Of a DNA stretch of 64,000 nt, positions 1 to 12,311 are shown piece by piece (the first letter of the stretch is position 1; each line of letters starts with the position of its first letter). Origin of the DNA: Nitrospira sp. (GTDB taxonomy: Bacteria > Nitrospirota > Nitrospiria > Nitrospirales > Nitrospiraceae); contig AP038806.1 in assembly GCA_047150005.1 (NCBI GenBank), forward strand, positions 416,001-480,000, written 5' to 3'. Under the pieces are notes generated by a model, which was not told where the DNA came from, ran no database searches, and worked only from the letters and a program-made list of their open reading frames with translations. Position numbers and translations under genes: made by a program.

Positions 1-297
1 ATTGACCATTCTGGCCGCTGCGGCCATCAATATCAGGTCATCTCTGAAACACACAAACGGTTCGACCAAATCAGCCTGCGAAACACGATAGAGCGAATCG
101 CCTGACTTTTCGAAGAGATTCAACTCACAAATCGTAAGCGGTTCAAGCGTCGCTCTCAACCGGCTTTTCGGTCGACGCGCTCCGCGGGCGACACCGCGAA
201 CTTTCCCGGCGGCCTTCGTATAGAACGTGACAATACGATCCGCTTCGCCCCACTTCCGGCTTTTCAGTGTGACCGCAGTGGTTTTAATGAGCGGCAT
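1..297 (-). CDS. recO: DNA repair protein RecO (N-terminal part, runs off the window edge)
   Basis: Manual translation from ATG 297: MPLIKTTAVTLKSRKWGEADRIVTFYTKAAGKVRGVARGARRPKSRL..LEP, the RecO N-terminal OB fold; lies near era. Absent from the ORF track. Confidence 0.9.
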   Translation of the reverse strand, partial: MPLIKTTAVTLKSRKWGEADRIVTFYTKAAGKVRGVARGARRPKSRLRATLEPLTICELNLFEKSGDSLYRVSQADLVEPFVCFRDDLILMAAAARMVN

Positions 298-355
298 GCA
301 ATCCAGGTCTTTGAGAACCGAGGCTCACAATCCAATCCTCTACGGCTTACGGTCC

Positions 356-1816
356 CTACCGGAGATATTCCATAAATACCGTAGCGAGGGTGAGATAGAT
401 GGTGATCCCGGTGATGTCATTGGCAGTCGTCACGAAGGGACCCGCCGCCACGGCCGGATCCACGCCCATTCGCTTCAAGAAAATGGGCATAAACGTCGCC
501 ATACTGGTGGACACGAGAAACGCGATAATGAGCGACATGCCGACCACCATCCCAAGAAATCCCTGGTGCCAAATCCAGCCGACCAGGGACAGAATCATTC
601 CGCAGGCCACACCCATCAACAGTCCAATCTTGACTTCCCTCAGAAAGACCGACCAGACGTCTGTCAATTCAACCACACCGGTCGCCAAGCCTCGAATAAT
701 CAATGTCGAGGACTGCAGGCCCACATTCCCTCCCATGGCCGCAATGACGGGAATAAAGCTCACGATCGCCACGACCTCCTGAATCGTATATCGAAACTCC
801 CACAAAATCGCTCCGGACAGCAGGCTTCCCACAAGATTGGTAAAGAGCCACGGCAACCGGACTTTTGCCGCGGCAAGGCTTGAGGATTTCGACACGGCTT
901 CTTCCTGTACCGCGCCGGCCATCTTCAACATGTCCTCGGTCGCTTCTTCTCGGATGACGTCCACGACGTCGTCCACGGTAATGATCCCAACCAGAACTCC
1001 TTCTTTATCCACAACGGGGATGGCCAAGAGATTGTAGCTCGCTACCTGACGCGCCACTTCTTCCTGATCCATGTCGACCGATACGCTGATCACGTCCCGC
1101 GTCGCGATATTTTTCAAAGGTGTCGAGGGAGGAACCGTCAACAACTGACGCAAGGAGAGTACACCGACCAACCGCTCATCCTTGTCGGTGACATAAATAT
1201 AGAACACCATCTCTGCATCGGTCGCCTCTTGGAGACGCCGGATGGCATCCTGTGCCGTCGCATCCTCCGACAGCGCAAAAAACTCGGTCGTCATGATGCC
1301 GCCGGCCGTGTCTTTCGGATACTTCAGGATGTCCGCGACTTCCGTCGAATCTTCGGTCCGCATGAGCGAAAGAATCTCTTTCGCACGCTCCTCTGGCAGC
1401 ACGCCGAGAATGTAGGCGACGTCGTCCGGACCCAAATCCTTGATCAACCATGCGATGTCCGATTGCAGCAAATCCGCCAACACCTGGGTAATACTGTCGG
1501 TGTCGAGCTCGCTCAGAACCTGTCCGCGTTTCGAGTCCCCTCGGACCAACTCAAACACTTCGCGTTTTTCCTTCGGAGAGGACAGGTGCACAATGACCTT
1601 GGCCACGTCGGCTGGATGCATCCGCCCCAGCATTTTTGCGAGATTGGTGATCGCTCCGCGCCGGAGCAACCTTTGCACGGACAACAAGACGATGTCGGAT
1701 TTCGTCTGACCTCGATCCGCCTGATCCCGCAGGGCATCCCGCAGAAGATCTCGATCCCCTACGCGGTGTCGCGACTCCATCGGGCGACTTTCCGTGATTT
1801 TATCCGTCTGGTGCAT
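356..1816 (-). CDS. mgtE: Magnesium transporter MgtE
   Basis: MHPADVA N-domain, tandem CBS domains, TM region with GGNVGLQS and DPAVAAGPFVTTANDI motifs. Confidence 0.95.
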   Translation of the reverse strand: MHQTDKITESRPMESRHRVGDRDLLRDALRDQADRGQTKSDIVLLSVQRLLRRGAITNLAKMLGRMHPADVAKVIVHLSSPKEKREVFELVRGDSKRGQVLSELDTDSITQVLADLLQSDIAWLIKDLGPDDVAYILGVLPEERAKEILSLMRTEDSTEVADILKYPKDTAGGIMTTEFFALSEDATAQDAIRRLQEATDAEMVFYIYVTDKDERLVGVLSLRQLLTVPPSTPLKNIATRDVISVSVDMDQEEVARQVASYNLLAIPVVDKEGVLVGIITVDDVVDVIREEATEDMLKMAGAVQEEAVSKSSSLAAAKVRLPWLFTNLVGSLLSGAILWEFRYTIQEVVAIVSFIPVIAAMGGNVGLQSSTLIIRGLATGVVELTDVWSVFLREVKIGLLMGVACGMILSLVGWIWHQGFLGMVVGMSLIIAFLVSTSMATFMPIFLKRMGVDPAVAAGPFVTTANDITGITIYLTLATVFMEYLR

Positions 1817-1825
1817 ATCGTGTTC

Positions 1826-2710
1826 TCAGTACCCTAATTCACTCAGCGCGTGCTCGTCTTCCCGCCAGGCTTCCCGCACTTTCACCCACAGCTCCAGAAA
1901 CACCTTCATGCCGAATATGCGCTCCATCTCGATCCGGGCCTCTGTGCCCACCACCTTCAGCCGTTCCCCATGCTTGCCAATAATGATGGCCTTGTGCGAC
2001 TCGCGTTCGACCAGAACCGAAGCGCTGATTCGCGCCTTCTTCCCCTCTTCAACGAACTGGTCGATTTCGACCGCGATCGAGTGCGGCACTTCTTCATACG
2101 TCTGCCGCAGCAGCTTCTCCCGAATCATCTCCGCAGCCAACGTCCGCATGGACTGGTCGGTGATCGTATCCTCGTCGTAAGCGGCATCTCCCACCGGCAG
2201 ATGAGCCACCGTCACGTCGAGCAACCGTTCGACATTCGCACCTGTTTCGGCCGAGACCGGAACGACTTCGGTCCACGGGTACAACCGGGCATAGGTGTCG
2301 ATGACGGGCAACAGCTTCATCTTATTCACCAGATCGATCTTGTTCAAAACCAACATCACCGGCCTGGCCTGTTTGTAAATGGCGGCCTTGACGTGCTCCA
2401 GCACGGACAAGTCGCCGGGGCCTGGAAGGCTCGTGGCATCCATGAGCACAAAGAGCAGATCGGCTTCCTCGAGCGTCTCGAGGGTGGTCCGAACCATCCG
2501 GCGATTCAGCAAATGTTCAGGCCGATGGATGCCCGGAGTATCCAGGAACGCAACCTGCGCGCCGGGGGCATGAACCACGCCAAGGATTCTTGTCCTGGTG
2601 GTCTGAGGTTTTTCCGATACGATCGCGATCTTTTCCTTGAGAAGCCGATTCAGCAACGTGGATTTTCCCACGTTCGAACGCCCAACGATGACCACCGTTC
2701 CGAATTTCAT
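1826..2710 (-). CDS. era: GTPase Era
   Basis: GRSNVGKST, DTPG, NKID and C-terminal KH domain (IIIGKHG); start placed at MKFGTV (ATG 2710) rather than the longer ORF call. Confidence 0.95.
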   Translation of the reverse strand: MKFGTVVIVGRSNVGKSTLLNRLLKEKIAIVSEKPQTTRTRILGVVHAPGAQVAFLDTPGIHRPEHLLNRRMVRTTLETLEEADLLFVLMDATSLPGPGDLSVLEHVKAAIYKQARPVMLVLNKIDLVNKMKLLPVIDTYARLYPWTEVVPVSAETGANVERLLDVTVAHLPVGDAAYDEDTITDQSMRTLAAEMIREKLLRQTYEEVPHSIAVEIDQFVEEGKKARISASVLVERESHKAIIIGKHGERLKVVGTEARIEMERIFGMKVFLELWVKVREAWREDEHALSELGY

Positions 2711-2714
2711 CGCG

Positions 2715-3065
2715 TCACGGCCTCGATCGATCTTGAGTGGTTTCAGGGAGCAATTGATAGACGGTTTCTCCCTTTCGTACATACCCGAGCTGCTCTCGGG
2801 CCAGTTGCTCGATCTTGAGCGGGTCATGCTCCAGTCCATCAATATCACTGCGCAACCCCGTGACCCCCCTCTGGAGATCAAGAATCTCAGCCTCCAGCTG
2901 CCGGACATGGTCTCTCATGGCAAAATAACGCGGCAACCCCATTTCGCCGAAACACAAAGCCAGCAGAAGAAGCAGACACGCACCCATCCCCGCGTACTGC
3001 GCGCCGGTGACCACACGTCGCTGCCAGTCCAGCCATTGCTTGCCTCTGTTCTGCTTAATGAGCAT
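2715..3065 (-). CDS. ftsB: Septum formation initiator FtsB/DivIC family protein
   Basis: One TM helix, coiled coil, IEQLAREQLGYVRKGE motif; directly downstream of eno. Confidence 0.85.
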   Translation of the reverse strand: MLIKQNRGKQWLDWQRRVVTGAQYAGMGACLLLLLALCFGEMGLPRYFAMRDHVRQLEAEILDLQRGVTGLRSDIDGLEHDPLKIEQLAREQLGYVRKGETVYQLLPETTQDRSRP

Positions 3066-3074
3066 GAACGATCG

Positions 3075-4382
<1,308 letters not shown>

Positions 4383-4410
4383 TCATCATGGTTCACACTC
4401 CGCTCCATTG

Positions 4411-5847
4411 TCATCGAGAATCGCCTAGTTTGCTCTTGAGTAGTTCGTTCACCTTTCCGGGATTCGCCTTTCCTCCGCTGGCTTTCATCACTTGGCCGAC
4501 CAGGAATCCCAGCACTTGATGCTTGCCTTCCTTGAACTGGGCTACCTGCCCCGGACTCTTCGCCAGCACCTCGGCGATGATCGCTTCCAGTATCCCTTCG
4601 TCAGACACCTGTGTGAGCCCCTTGTCTCGAACCATGTCCTGCGCGGATTTTCCGCTTTGGTACAACTCTGGGAACATCTCACGGGCAACTTTCAAACTGA
4701 CCGTGCCGCGGTCCACCATTTCCAGCAGGTCGACAAGTCGTTCCGGAGAAACCGCGGACGCGCTGACGTCGACTCCCGCCTTATTCAACTCCCTGGCGAG
4801 TTCCCCCATCACCCAATTGCTGACCGTCTTCGGGTGATTGAAGAGCCTCACACAGGCCTCGAAATAATCCGCCATGGCCTTGGAGGCGGTGAGAAGACCG
4901 GCGTCATACTCGGGCAACCCGTACTCGTCGATAAAACGCCGGGCGCGGACGGCCGGCAATTCCGGTACGCTCCCGCGGAAATTTTGGATCCATTCGGCAT
5001 CAAGCTTCAGCGGCACCAAATCCGGATCCGGGAAATAACGGTAGTCATGTGCTTCCTCCTTGCTCCGCATGACCGCGGTCTCTCCTCGATCCAGGTTCCA
5101 CAGACGCGTTTCCTGCCGGATGGCGCCGCCGTCCCGCAAGACCTTGGTCTGTCGCTTGACTTCATATTCGATCGCGTCTTTGACGTACTTGAACGAATTG
5201 ATGTTCTTCAACTCGACCTTCGTGCCGAACTCTTTCTGCCCAAGAGGGCGAAGCGAGAGATTGGGCTCGCAGCGGAAACTGCCTTCTTCCATGTTTCCGT
5301 CGCAGATCTCGAGATACATCAGGATGTCGCGGAGTCCCTTCAGATAGGCGACGACTTCTTCGGCTGAACACATGTCCGGCTCCGTGACGATTTCGAGCAG
5401 CGGAGTGCCGGCCCGGTTCAGGTCTACTTGGCTACCGCCTGCGGCCGTTTCGTGGACACTCTTTCCGGCATCTTCTTCCAGATGAGCTCTCCGGATACGG
5501 ATCCGCTTCCGGACGTCGCCCGAGGCGATGTCGATCCATCCATGTTCACAGATCGGCGCTTCATACTGGGATATCTGGTAGCCTTTCGGCAAATCCGGAT
5601 AGAAGTAATTCTTCCGGGCGAATCGGTTGGCGGAGGCGATGGTGCAGTTCAGCGCCAATCCGGCACGAACGGCCATTTCGACCGCGGCCTTGTTGATCAC
5701 CGGCAAGGAGCCCGGCAATCCCAAGCAGACAGGGCAGGTTTGGCTGTTCGCCGACAGCCCGAATGTCGTCCCGCACGCGCAGAACATCTTCGACTTGGTC
5801 CGCAGTTGGGCATGCACCTCGACGCCGATGACGACCTCGTAGCTCAC
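4411..5847 (-). CDS. gatB: Asp/Glu-tRNA amidotransferase subunit B
   Basis: [26 protein letters not shown] and YRYFPDPDL motifs. Confidence 0.98.
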   Translation of the reverse strand: MSYEVVIGVEVHAQLRTKSKMFCACGTTFGLSANSQTCPVCLGLPGSLPVINKAAVEMAVRAGLALNCTIASANRFARKNYFYPDLPKGYQISQYEAPICEHGWIDIASGDVRKRIRIRRAHLEEDAGKSVHETAAGGSQVDLNRAGTPLLEIVTEPDMCSAEEVVAYLKGLRDILMYLEICDGNMEEGSFRCEPNLSLRPLGQKEFGTKVELKNINSFKYVKDAIEYEVKRQTKVLRDGGAIRQETRLWNLDRGETAVMRSKEEAHDYRYFPDPDLVPLKLDAEWIQNFRGSVPELPAVRARRFIDEYGLPEYDAGLLTASKAMADYFEACVRLFNHPKTVSNWVMGELARELNKAGVDVSASAVSPERLVDLLEMVDRGTVSLKVAREMFPELYQSGKSAQDMVRDKGLTQVSDEGILEAIIAEVLAKSPGQVAQFKEGKHQVLGFLVGQVMKASGGKANPGKVNELLKSKLGDSR

Positions 5848-5854
5848 GCGCGCG

Positions 5855-6166
5855 TCACCCTTCTCCCCGAGCCCGATCCCGCTCCCGCTTCACCGCCTCT
5901 CGTCCCGCTTCGAACGCCTCCCGTAATACCGATTTCTTGGCTTCGACGAATTCCTTCCCCTGATCGATCGCACCTTCGATCGTTTCACCGGCCTGACCGG
6001 CCAAATCACGCAAGCTGTCCTCCGCTTGCCTGGCATAGCCCCGGAGCAACTCCCGCGAATCGCGCCCCGATCGGGGCGCCAACAGCAACCCCGCCACCGC
6101 TCCCAACGCCGCCCCGCTCAGAAACGCCAACACCACGCCCGCCGCCGATCCGTGATTATCCGCCAT
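5855..6166 (-). CDS. YtxH domain-containing protein
   Basis: [25 protein letters not shown] signature; paired with a DUF948-like gene. Confidence 0.85.
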   Translation of the reverse strand: MADNHGSAAGVVLAFLSGAALGAVAGLLLAPRSGRDSRELLRGYARQAEDSLRDLAGQAGETIEGAIDQGKEFVEAKKSVLREAFEAGREAVKRERDRARGEG

Positions 6167-6563
6167 TGTGTGGTTCTCCTTCCCTTCGGTATCGCTCCCG
6201 CATGACCTGCGTCGCGGCTTTGAGTCCTGCCACGACGCTCGCCACGTTGGTCAGAAGCGTGCCGCTCGATCCTCGAACGGCGTTGTGAACTTGCTGAACG
6301 GATTCTCCGACTTCTCCGACCGCGTGCAAGAGCAACGAAGCGTGCTCCACTCCGCCACGAGCCTGTTCGGTCAGGTCATTGAGATTCTGGCTCATCGCGC
6401 GCAGCTCCGATACAAACGCCGGCATGTCGGTGTTCATCTTGGAGAGCAATTGCTCGGACTCGGCGACCGTCTTGCGCACTTGTATCAACAGCGGCACCAA
6501 ATAACCGACCAGGACGGCAAAGGCGGCGGCGATCAGGATGGCGGCGATTTCAACGGCGTTCAT
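6156..6563 (-). CDS. DUF948 (YtxG/YoxC-like) membrane-anchored coiled-coil protein
   Basis: N-terminal TM helix (IAAILIAAAFAVLVGYLV) followed by a coiled coil; adjacent to YtxH. Confidence 0.75.
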   Translation of the reverse strand: MNAVEIAAILIAAAFAVLVGYLVPLLIQVRKTVAESEQLLSKMNTDMPAFVSELRAMSQNLNDLTEQARGGVEHASLLLHAVGEVGESVQQVHNAVRGSSGTLLTNVASVVAGLKAATQVMRERYRREGEPHNGG

Positions 6564-6587
6564 GCTCTGGTCCTCCGACTTCCGAAT

Positions 6588-8054
6588 CTAGCGAACGATG
6601 GGTTTCTTCTCGTGCCATTGCGTCGCTTGCTCATACGCGTGAGCCGCTCGAAGCACCGTCTCTTCTTCAAAGGCGCGGCCGATGATCTGGAGGCCGATCG
6701 GCAGACGGGCCTTGCTGAATCCGCAGGGCAAGGCGATGGCCGGCAGCCCAGCCAGATTGACCGAAATGGTGAAAATGTCCGACAAGTACATCTGCAGGGG
6801 ATCTTCGGCTTTGGCCCCGAGTTTGAACGCAGGGGTGGGCGTTACGGGCGTCACGATCAAGTCCACGTCCTTGAACGCCTCGGAGAAATCCTGACGAATG
6901 AGCGTCTGCACCGCCTGAGCTTTCCCGTAATAGGCATCATAGTACCCGGAGCTCAGGGCGTAGGTGCCCAGCATGATCCGTCGTTTCACTTCCGGGCCGA
7001 AGCCTTCCTGCCGGGTCTTCATGTACAGATCCAAGAGATCCTTCGTTTCCTTGGCTCTCAACCCGAACTTCACGCCGTCGAATCGCGCAAGGTTGGAACT
7101 GGCCTCCGCGGTCGCGATCACGTAATACACCGCGACCGCCGCATCGGTCCGCGGGAGTTGAATCTCCTTGATGTCGGCCCCGAGGCTCTTGAGTTCCTCA
7201 ATAGCGGCTCTGACGGCCTGCTCGACTTCAGGATCCAGCCCTTCGCCGAAGAATTCCATGGGCACGCCCACTGTGAGCTTCTTGAGGTCCCTCTTCTTCA
7301 GCGCCTTCATATAATCCGGCACGGGAAGTTCGGCGGAGGTGGAGTCCATCGGATCGTGCCCGGCGATGACGCCGAGGAGATACGCGGCATCGGCGACGCT
7401 TTTCGTGATCGGACCGATTTGGTCCAGGGAGGACGCGAAGGCGACCAGTCCGTAGCGCGAGACACGCCCGTAGGTCGGCTTCATGCCGACCACTCCGCAG
7501 AACGCCGCGGGCTGGCGGATCGATCCGCCGGTATCGGATCCCAGAGCGGCCACGCATTCGTCGGCGGCCACGGCCGCAGCCGAGCCGCCGCTCGACCCGC
7601 CCGGTACACACTGCAGATCCCAAGGATTTCGACTGGGCCCGAAGGCTGAGTTTTCGGTGGAGGACCCCATCGCGAACTCGTCGAGATTGGTCTTCCCCAG
7701 AAGAAGGTATTCCTGCTCTCGAAGCCTCGCGATCACCGTGGCGTCATAGGGCGGAACAAATTCCTTGAGCATGCGTGAAGAGCAGGTCGTCGGCACGCCG
7801 GCCGTACACAGGTTATCCTTGATCGCCAAAGGCATGCCCATCATCGGTTTGGTGTGGCGCCAGGTCTTGAGCTTGTCGTCCAGTACGGCCGCCTGGGCCA
7901 AGGCCGAGTCATGGGTCCTCGTCACATAGGCCTTGACCTTCTGCTCAACCTGGCCGATCCGTAGCGAATAGGCGCGCACGATCTCGACCGCGGTCACTTC
8001 GCCGGCGGTGAATTTCTTTTGCAGATCGCACAATGAAAACTTATGAATCGACAT
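6588..8054 (-). CDS. gatA: Asp/Glu-tRNA amidotransferase subunit A
   Basis: Amidase signature [43 protein letters not shown]. Confidence 0.98.
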   Translation of the reverse strand: MSIHKFSLCDLQKKFTAGEVTAVEIVRAYSLRIGQVEQKVKAYVTRTHDSALAQAAVLDDKLKTWRHTKPMMGMPLAIKDNLCTAGVPTTCSSRMLKEFVPPYDATVIARLREQEYLLLGKTNLDEFAMGSSTENSAFGPSRNPWDLQCVPGGSSGGSAAAVAADECVAALGSDTGGSIRQPAAFCGVVGMKPTYGRVSRYGLVAFASSLDQIGPITKSVADAAYLLGVIAGHDPMDSTSAELPVPDYMKALKKRDLKKLTVGVPMEFFGEGLDPEVEQAVRAAIEELKSLGADIKEIQLPRTDAAVAVYYVIATAEASSNLARFDGVKFGLRAKETKDLLDLYMKTRQEGFGPEVKRRIMLGTYALSSGYYDAYYGKAQAVQTLIRQDFSEAFKDVDLIVTPVTPTPAFKLGAKAEDPLQMYLSDIFTISVNLAGLPAIALPCGFSKARLPIGLQIIGRAFEEETVLRAAHAYEQATQWHEKKPIVR

Positions 8055-8129
8055 CACGCCATCCCTGAAGCTGCCTCACGATGATCCACGCGCGCCCGCC
8101 ACACTCGCCGGCGCACATGCATCCGAGTT

Positions 8130-8486
8130 TCAACTCCCATTCACGATCCGGTTCTTGTCATTGACGCGCACGATTTTCGGCGCGTGCTTCTTGATCTCTT
8201 CCTCGGCATAGTATTCGTAGCAAAAGATGATGATCTGATCGCCGACCGCCGCCTTGCGCGCAGTCGGGCCGTTGAGCACGATGTCCCCACTGCCTCGCCT
8301 GCCGGCGATCGCGTAGGTCATGAAGCGTTCGCCGTTATTCAAGTTCGAGCAGATGATCGCCTCATACGGGAGAATGGCCGCGGCTTCCATCAGATCCTGA
8401 TCGATCGTCAGGCTGCCTTCGTACTCCAGATGCGTGCCGGTGACCGTTGCACGATGGATTTTCGACCGTAGCATTTGTCGGAACAT
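8130..8486 (-). CDS. panD: Aspartate 1-decarboxylase
   Basis: SKIHRATVT, YEG/SLTID self-cleavage site, NGERFMTY. Confidence 0.95.
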   Translation of the reverse strand: MFRQMLRSKIHRATVTGTHLEYEGSLTIDQDLMEAAAILPYEAIICSNLNNGERFMTYAIAGRRGSGDIVLNGPTARKAAVGDQIIIFCYEYYAEEEIKKHAPKIVRVNDKNRIVNGS

Positions 8487-8519
8487 GAACGCCTCAGCCT
8501 TTCGATAGGAATCTCGGAA

Positions 8520-8807
8520 TCACTCGATAATCTTCGGCACCAGGAATCCGTCGGCTTCCCGCTCCGGCGCATTGGCCAGTGCGAGATCCACTGGTAACGA
8601 CGGACGGACGATGTCCTCCCGAAACACGTTGACCTGCCCCAGCACCGTCGTCGTCGGTTCGACGCCCACGGTATCGTACCGATTCAGCGTCTCGACGTGG
8701 GTCAGGATCTGACTCAATTGCCGAGCGAACGCCTCCCGCTCGGACGGAGAGATGGCCAGTCGTGCGAGCTTCGCCACCTTCTCAACTTCTTGTTTGGTAA
8801 TCTCCAC
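8520..8807 (-). CDS. gatC: Asp/Glu-tRNA amidotransferase subunit C
   Basis: VEKVAKLARL, NVFRED, FLVPKII; GAGGAG SD upstream. Confidence 0.95.
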   Translation of the reverse strand: MEITKQEVEKVAKLARLAISPSEREAFARQLSQILTHVETLNRYDTVGVEPTTTVLGQVNVFREDIVRPSLPVDLALANAPEREADGFLVPKIIE

Positions 8808-8827
8808 CCTTATCTCCTCGTGGCTTC

Positions 8828-8907
8828 GGGATGTTCAAAACGGTCTTCCGGCGAGGCCGCAGGACATCCGCCGACGAGGCGTACCCCCCGGCCATTTTCA
8901 ACATCCC
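8828..8907. repeat. 80-bp intergenic element with 13-bp terminal inverted repeats (REP/MITE-like)
   Basis: GGGATGTTCAAAA (8828-8840) and TTTTCAACATCCC (8895-8907) match 12/13; shares the GTACGCCTCG core with the element at 32251. Confidence 0.7.
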
Positions 8908-8908
8908 A

Positions 8909-10738
8909 CTACTCCACCGTCACGCTCTTCGCAAGATTCCTCGGCTGATCCACGTCCGCGCCGCGCAGCACGGCAATGTGATAGGCCAACAGCTGCAGCG
9001 GGATGGTGAACAGAATCGGCGAAATGAGCGGATGCGTTTCAGGAATCGTAAAGACCGCATCGGCGGTCTTCCCCAATTCTCGCTCCCCCTCGGCCACCAG
9101 TGCAATGACGGGCGCATGGCGGGCCTTGACTTCCATGAGGTTGCTGACCGTTTTCTCGTACAATCGATCCCGTGGCGCCAGCACCACTACCGGCATGTCC
9201 CGGTCGATCAGCGCGATCGGCCCATGCTTCATCTCCCCGGCCGCGTACCCTTCCGCGTGAATGTAGGAGATCTCCTTGAGCTTGAGCGAACCTTCCAGCG
9301 CAATCGGGTAATTGATGCCACGGCCCAGAAAGAGGAAATTGCGTTTCTTGTAATATCGTTTGGCGATCGCCACGATCTCCGCTTCACGCCTCAGGACGCT
9401 TTCCACCAGCACGGGCAGGCGCACCAACCGATCGAGCCAGGCTTTGCCGTCCGTTTCCTTCATGACGCTGCGGACACGGGCCAGATGCAGTGCCATCAGA
9501 TACAGGGCGGTCAACTGGGCCGTGAACGCTTTGGTCGACGCCACCCCGATCTCCGGACCGCAATGGGTGTACAACACACCATCCGACTCCCGGGCCAGGG
9601 TGCTGCCGACGACGTTGACGATGGACACCACGCGCGCGCCCTTCTGCTTGGCCTCCCGCGCGGCCGCCAGGGTATCGGCGGTCTCACCGGATTGGGAGAT
9701 CGTGAGGAAGAGATCCCCTTTGCCGACCAGCGGATCGCGGTAGCGGAATTCGCTCCCGATATCGACTTGCACCGGAGTCCGCACCATGTCCTCGAAGAGA
9801 TACTTGCCGACCAGACCCGCATGCCACGAGGTCCCGCACGCGACGATCCAAATCCGGTCCACGGCTGCCAATTCCTTGGGCGTCAATCCGATGTCGGGCA
9901 GGTCGGCTTCACCGGTTTCATACGAGTATCGTCCGCGCATCGTGTCGAGGATCGTCTGCGGTTGCTCGTGGATCTCCTTGAGCATGAAATGGGGAAATCC
10001 GCTTTTCTCCGCGTCCGCCGCATCCCAGGTGATCTTGGACGGCTTCCTGAGCATGGCATGCCCTTCCGCATCCGTCATGCGGACGTCGGAAGCGGTCACC
10101 ACGGCCACGTCGCCTTCCTCGAGGTAGGTGACGTCGCGCGTGTGCGTCAGCATCGCCATCACGTCGGACGCCACGAAGGAGGCGTTTTTCGTCCGGCCGA
10201 CGACCAGCGGACACCCAAGCCTCGCCGCGACCAGAGTCCCGGGTTCTTGCTCGGAAATCACGGCCAAGGCGTAGCTTCCGCGCACTTCTTTCGTTGCCGC
10301 CCGGACCGCATCGGCCAAGCCCAACCCCTTCTGCATGTGCTTATCGATCAGGTGCGCCACGACTTCCGTATCGGTGTCCGAATGGAACTTGTAGCCTTCG
10401 CGCTCCAATTGCTGCTTGAGCGGCTGATAGTTCTCGATGATCCCGTTGTGCACGAGAACGCAGCTTTTCGACCGATGCGGATGCGCGTTCTGTTCGGACG
10501 GCTTCCCGTGCGTCGCCCATCGCGTGTGGCCGATCCCGACCACGCCGGCGATCTCCTTGTCCTTGAGCGATTTTTGGAGGTTGGCCAACTTTCCCACGCT
10601 CCGCCGCACTTCGATCTTCTGGCCCTGCAGGACCGCGACTCCCGCCGAATCGTATCCGCGGTATTCCAGCTTCGCGAGCCCCCCGATGAGGATCGGCACC
10701 GCGTCCTGGTCACCGACGTACCCGACGATTCCACACAT
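8909..10738 (-). CDS. glmS: Glucosamine-fructose-6-phosphate aminotransferase
   Basis: Starts MCGIVGY (catalytic Cys), LEYRGYDS, HTRWATHG, ends PRNLAKSVTVE. Confidence 0.98.
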   Translation of the reverse strand: MCGIVGYVGDQDAVPILIGGLAKLEYRGYDSAGVAVLQGQKIEVRRSVGKLANLQKSLKDKEIAGVVGIGHTRWATHGKPSEQNAHPHRSKSCVLVHNGIIENYQPLKQQLEREGYKFHSDTDTEVVAHLIDKHMQKGLGLADAVRAATKEVRGSYALAVISEQEPGTLVAARLGCPLVVGRTKNASFVASDVMAMLTHTRDVTYLEEGDVAVVTASDVRMTDAEGHAMLRKPSKITWDAADAEKSGFPHFMLKEIHEQPQTILDTMRGRYSYETGEADLPDIGLTPKELAAVDRIWIVACGTSWHAGLVGKYLFEDMVRTPVQVDIGSEFRYRDPLVGKGDLFLTISQSGETADTLAAAREAKQKGARVVSIVNVVGSTLARESDGVLYTHCGPEIGVASTKAFTAQLTALYLMALHLARVRSVMKETDGKAWLDRLVRLPVLVESVLRREAEIVAIAKRYYKKRNFLFLGRGINYPIALEGSLKLKEISYIHAEGYAAGEMKHGPIALIDRDMPVVVLAPRDRLYEKTVSNLMEVKARHAPVIALVAEGERELGKTADAVFTIPETHPLISPILFTIPLQLLAYHIAVLRGADVDQPRNLAKSVTVE

Positions 10739-10745
10739 ACGCGAC

Positions 10746-12311
10746 CTACCTCCGTCGCTTGGCCCGGCTCGCAGGCGGCCGCGGCTTCGATGTTTTGGCC
10801 GGCAATGTCGAGCCGGCATCCTGCGGCGACGTCAACAGGGCGCGGCGACGCGCGGCCCAGCCCGCACGATTGACTTGGGGCACACGGGCGATCACCAACG
10901 CGTCCGAGGGCACGTCCTCCGTCACCGTCGTCCCGGCCGCGATAATGGCACCCGCCCCAACCGTCACCGGCGCGATCAGCTGCGTGTCGCTCCCGACGGC
11001 CACGTTGTCTTCGATGACCGTTTGATGTTTGTTGACGCCGTCGTAATTGACGGTGATCGTTCCGGCCCCGATATTCACGCCCTTCCCGATCCGAGCGTCC
11101 CCCAGATACGTCAGGTGATTGGCTTTTGACCCTTCGCCCAGTTCCGCTTGTTTCATCTCGACGAAATTCCCGACCTTGGCCTTCCTGCGAACGATCGCAC
11201 CGGGACGAAGATGCGCGAACGGTCCCAACACCGCGTGATCATCGATCCGCGCCTCGCGGAACACACAATGGCCGAGAATCTCCACGCCGTGACCGACGGT
11301 GCAATCCGTCAACCGCGTGAACGCATGCACGACGCAATCCTCACCGAGCACCGTCCTCCCGGCGAGCATCACGTTCGGATGGAGAACCGTATCCTTGCCG
11401 ATCGACACGCCGGCGTCGATCCACGTGGAACCTGGATCGATCATGGTCACTCCCGCGTCCAACCAATGCTCTCGTATCTGACGGCGCAGCACCAATTCGG
11501 CTTCCGCCAGCTGCCGGCGTGAATTCACGCCCAACCCTTCGTCCGGATCGTCGAGAGTAACCGCGCAGACTCGACGCCCTTGGGCGACGGCCGTTTGCAA
11601 AATATCGGTGAGGTAGTATTCCCCCTGCGCGTTGGTCGGATCCAACCGGTCCAACGCCGCGAATAGAAACCCGCCGTCGACGACGTAGGTTCCTGCGTTG
11701 ATTTCCCTGATCACCTTCTCGGCCGGTCCAGCGTCGCGATCCTCGACGATACGCGAGACGGGCCCGCCGGCGGACTGCCGGACGACGCGTCCGTATCCGC
11801 TCGGATCCTCCAGCTTCGCCGTAAGGATGGTCACCGTCGCTCGTTCCTGTTGATGCATCTGCAGCAGCCTCCGCACCGTCTCTTCCCGGAGCAGCGGCGT
11901 GTCGCCGTTGAGAATGAGGTAACAGGCCGGCGCCGATTGCCCAGTCACGTTGAAGACGGGTCTGGTCTGCAAGACGGCATGCCCGGTTCCCAGCTGCTCG
12001 CGCTGCTCGACAATCGCCACCGCGGCGCGGCCGTCGCGGAGCGGCACGGCGGCTTCGATCGCTTGTCGCACCCGGTCGGCGTGATGGCCGACGACGACAG
12101 CCACACGGTGGCCCGCGACCCGCACGCCCACGTCGATCGAGTACATCACCATGGCCCGGCCGGCGACCGCATGCAGCACTTTCGGATGCTTGGATTTCAT
12201 CCGCTTGCCGAGCCCCGCCGCCATGACCACCACGGCAAGCCCCGGAACAGTGGCGTCACCGCCGACGACTCCGCCGGCAGCCGATGCTGTCGCTTCCGTC
12301 GAACGGCTCAT
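10746..12311 (-). CDS. glmU: Bifunctional UDP-GlcNAc pyrophosphorylase/glucosamine-1-P acetyltransferase
   Basis: MAAGLGKRMKS..PKVLH, QLGTGHAV, hexapeptide repeats, NYDGVNKH; start chosen at the ATGA overlap with DUF502. Confidence 0.96.
   Translation of the reverse strand: MSRSTEATASAAGGVVGGDATVPGLAVVVMAAGLGKRMKSKHPKVLHAVAGRAMVMYSIDVGVRVAGHRVAVVVGHHADRVRQAIEAAVPLRDGRAAVAIVEQREQLGTGHAVLQTRPVFNVTGQSAPACYLILNGDTPLLREETVRRLLQMHQQERATVTILTAKLEDPSGYGRVVRQSAGGPVSRIVEDRDAGPAEKVIREINAGTYVVDGGFLFAALDRLDPTNAQGEYYLTDILQTAVAQGRRVCAVTLDDPDEGLGVNSRRQLAEAELVLRRQIREHWLDAGVTMIDPGSTWIDAGVSIGKDTVLHPNVMLAGRTVLGEDCVVHAFTRLTDCTVGHGVEILGHCVFREARIDDHAVLGPFAHLRPGAIVRRKAKVGNFVEMKQAELGEGSKANHLTYLGDARIGKGVNIGAGTITVNYDGVNKHQTVIEDNVAVGSDTQLIAPVTVGAGAIIAAGTTVTEDVPSDALVIARVPQVNRAGWAARRRALLTSPQDAGSTLPAKTSKPRPPASRAKRRR

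Noticed and set aside
10739..10745. glmS ribozyme upstream of glmS
   Set aside because: Only 7 nt separate glmU and glmS, so there is no room.
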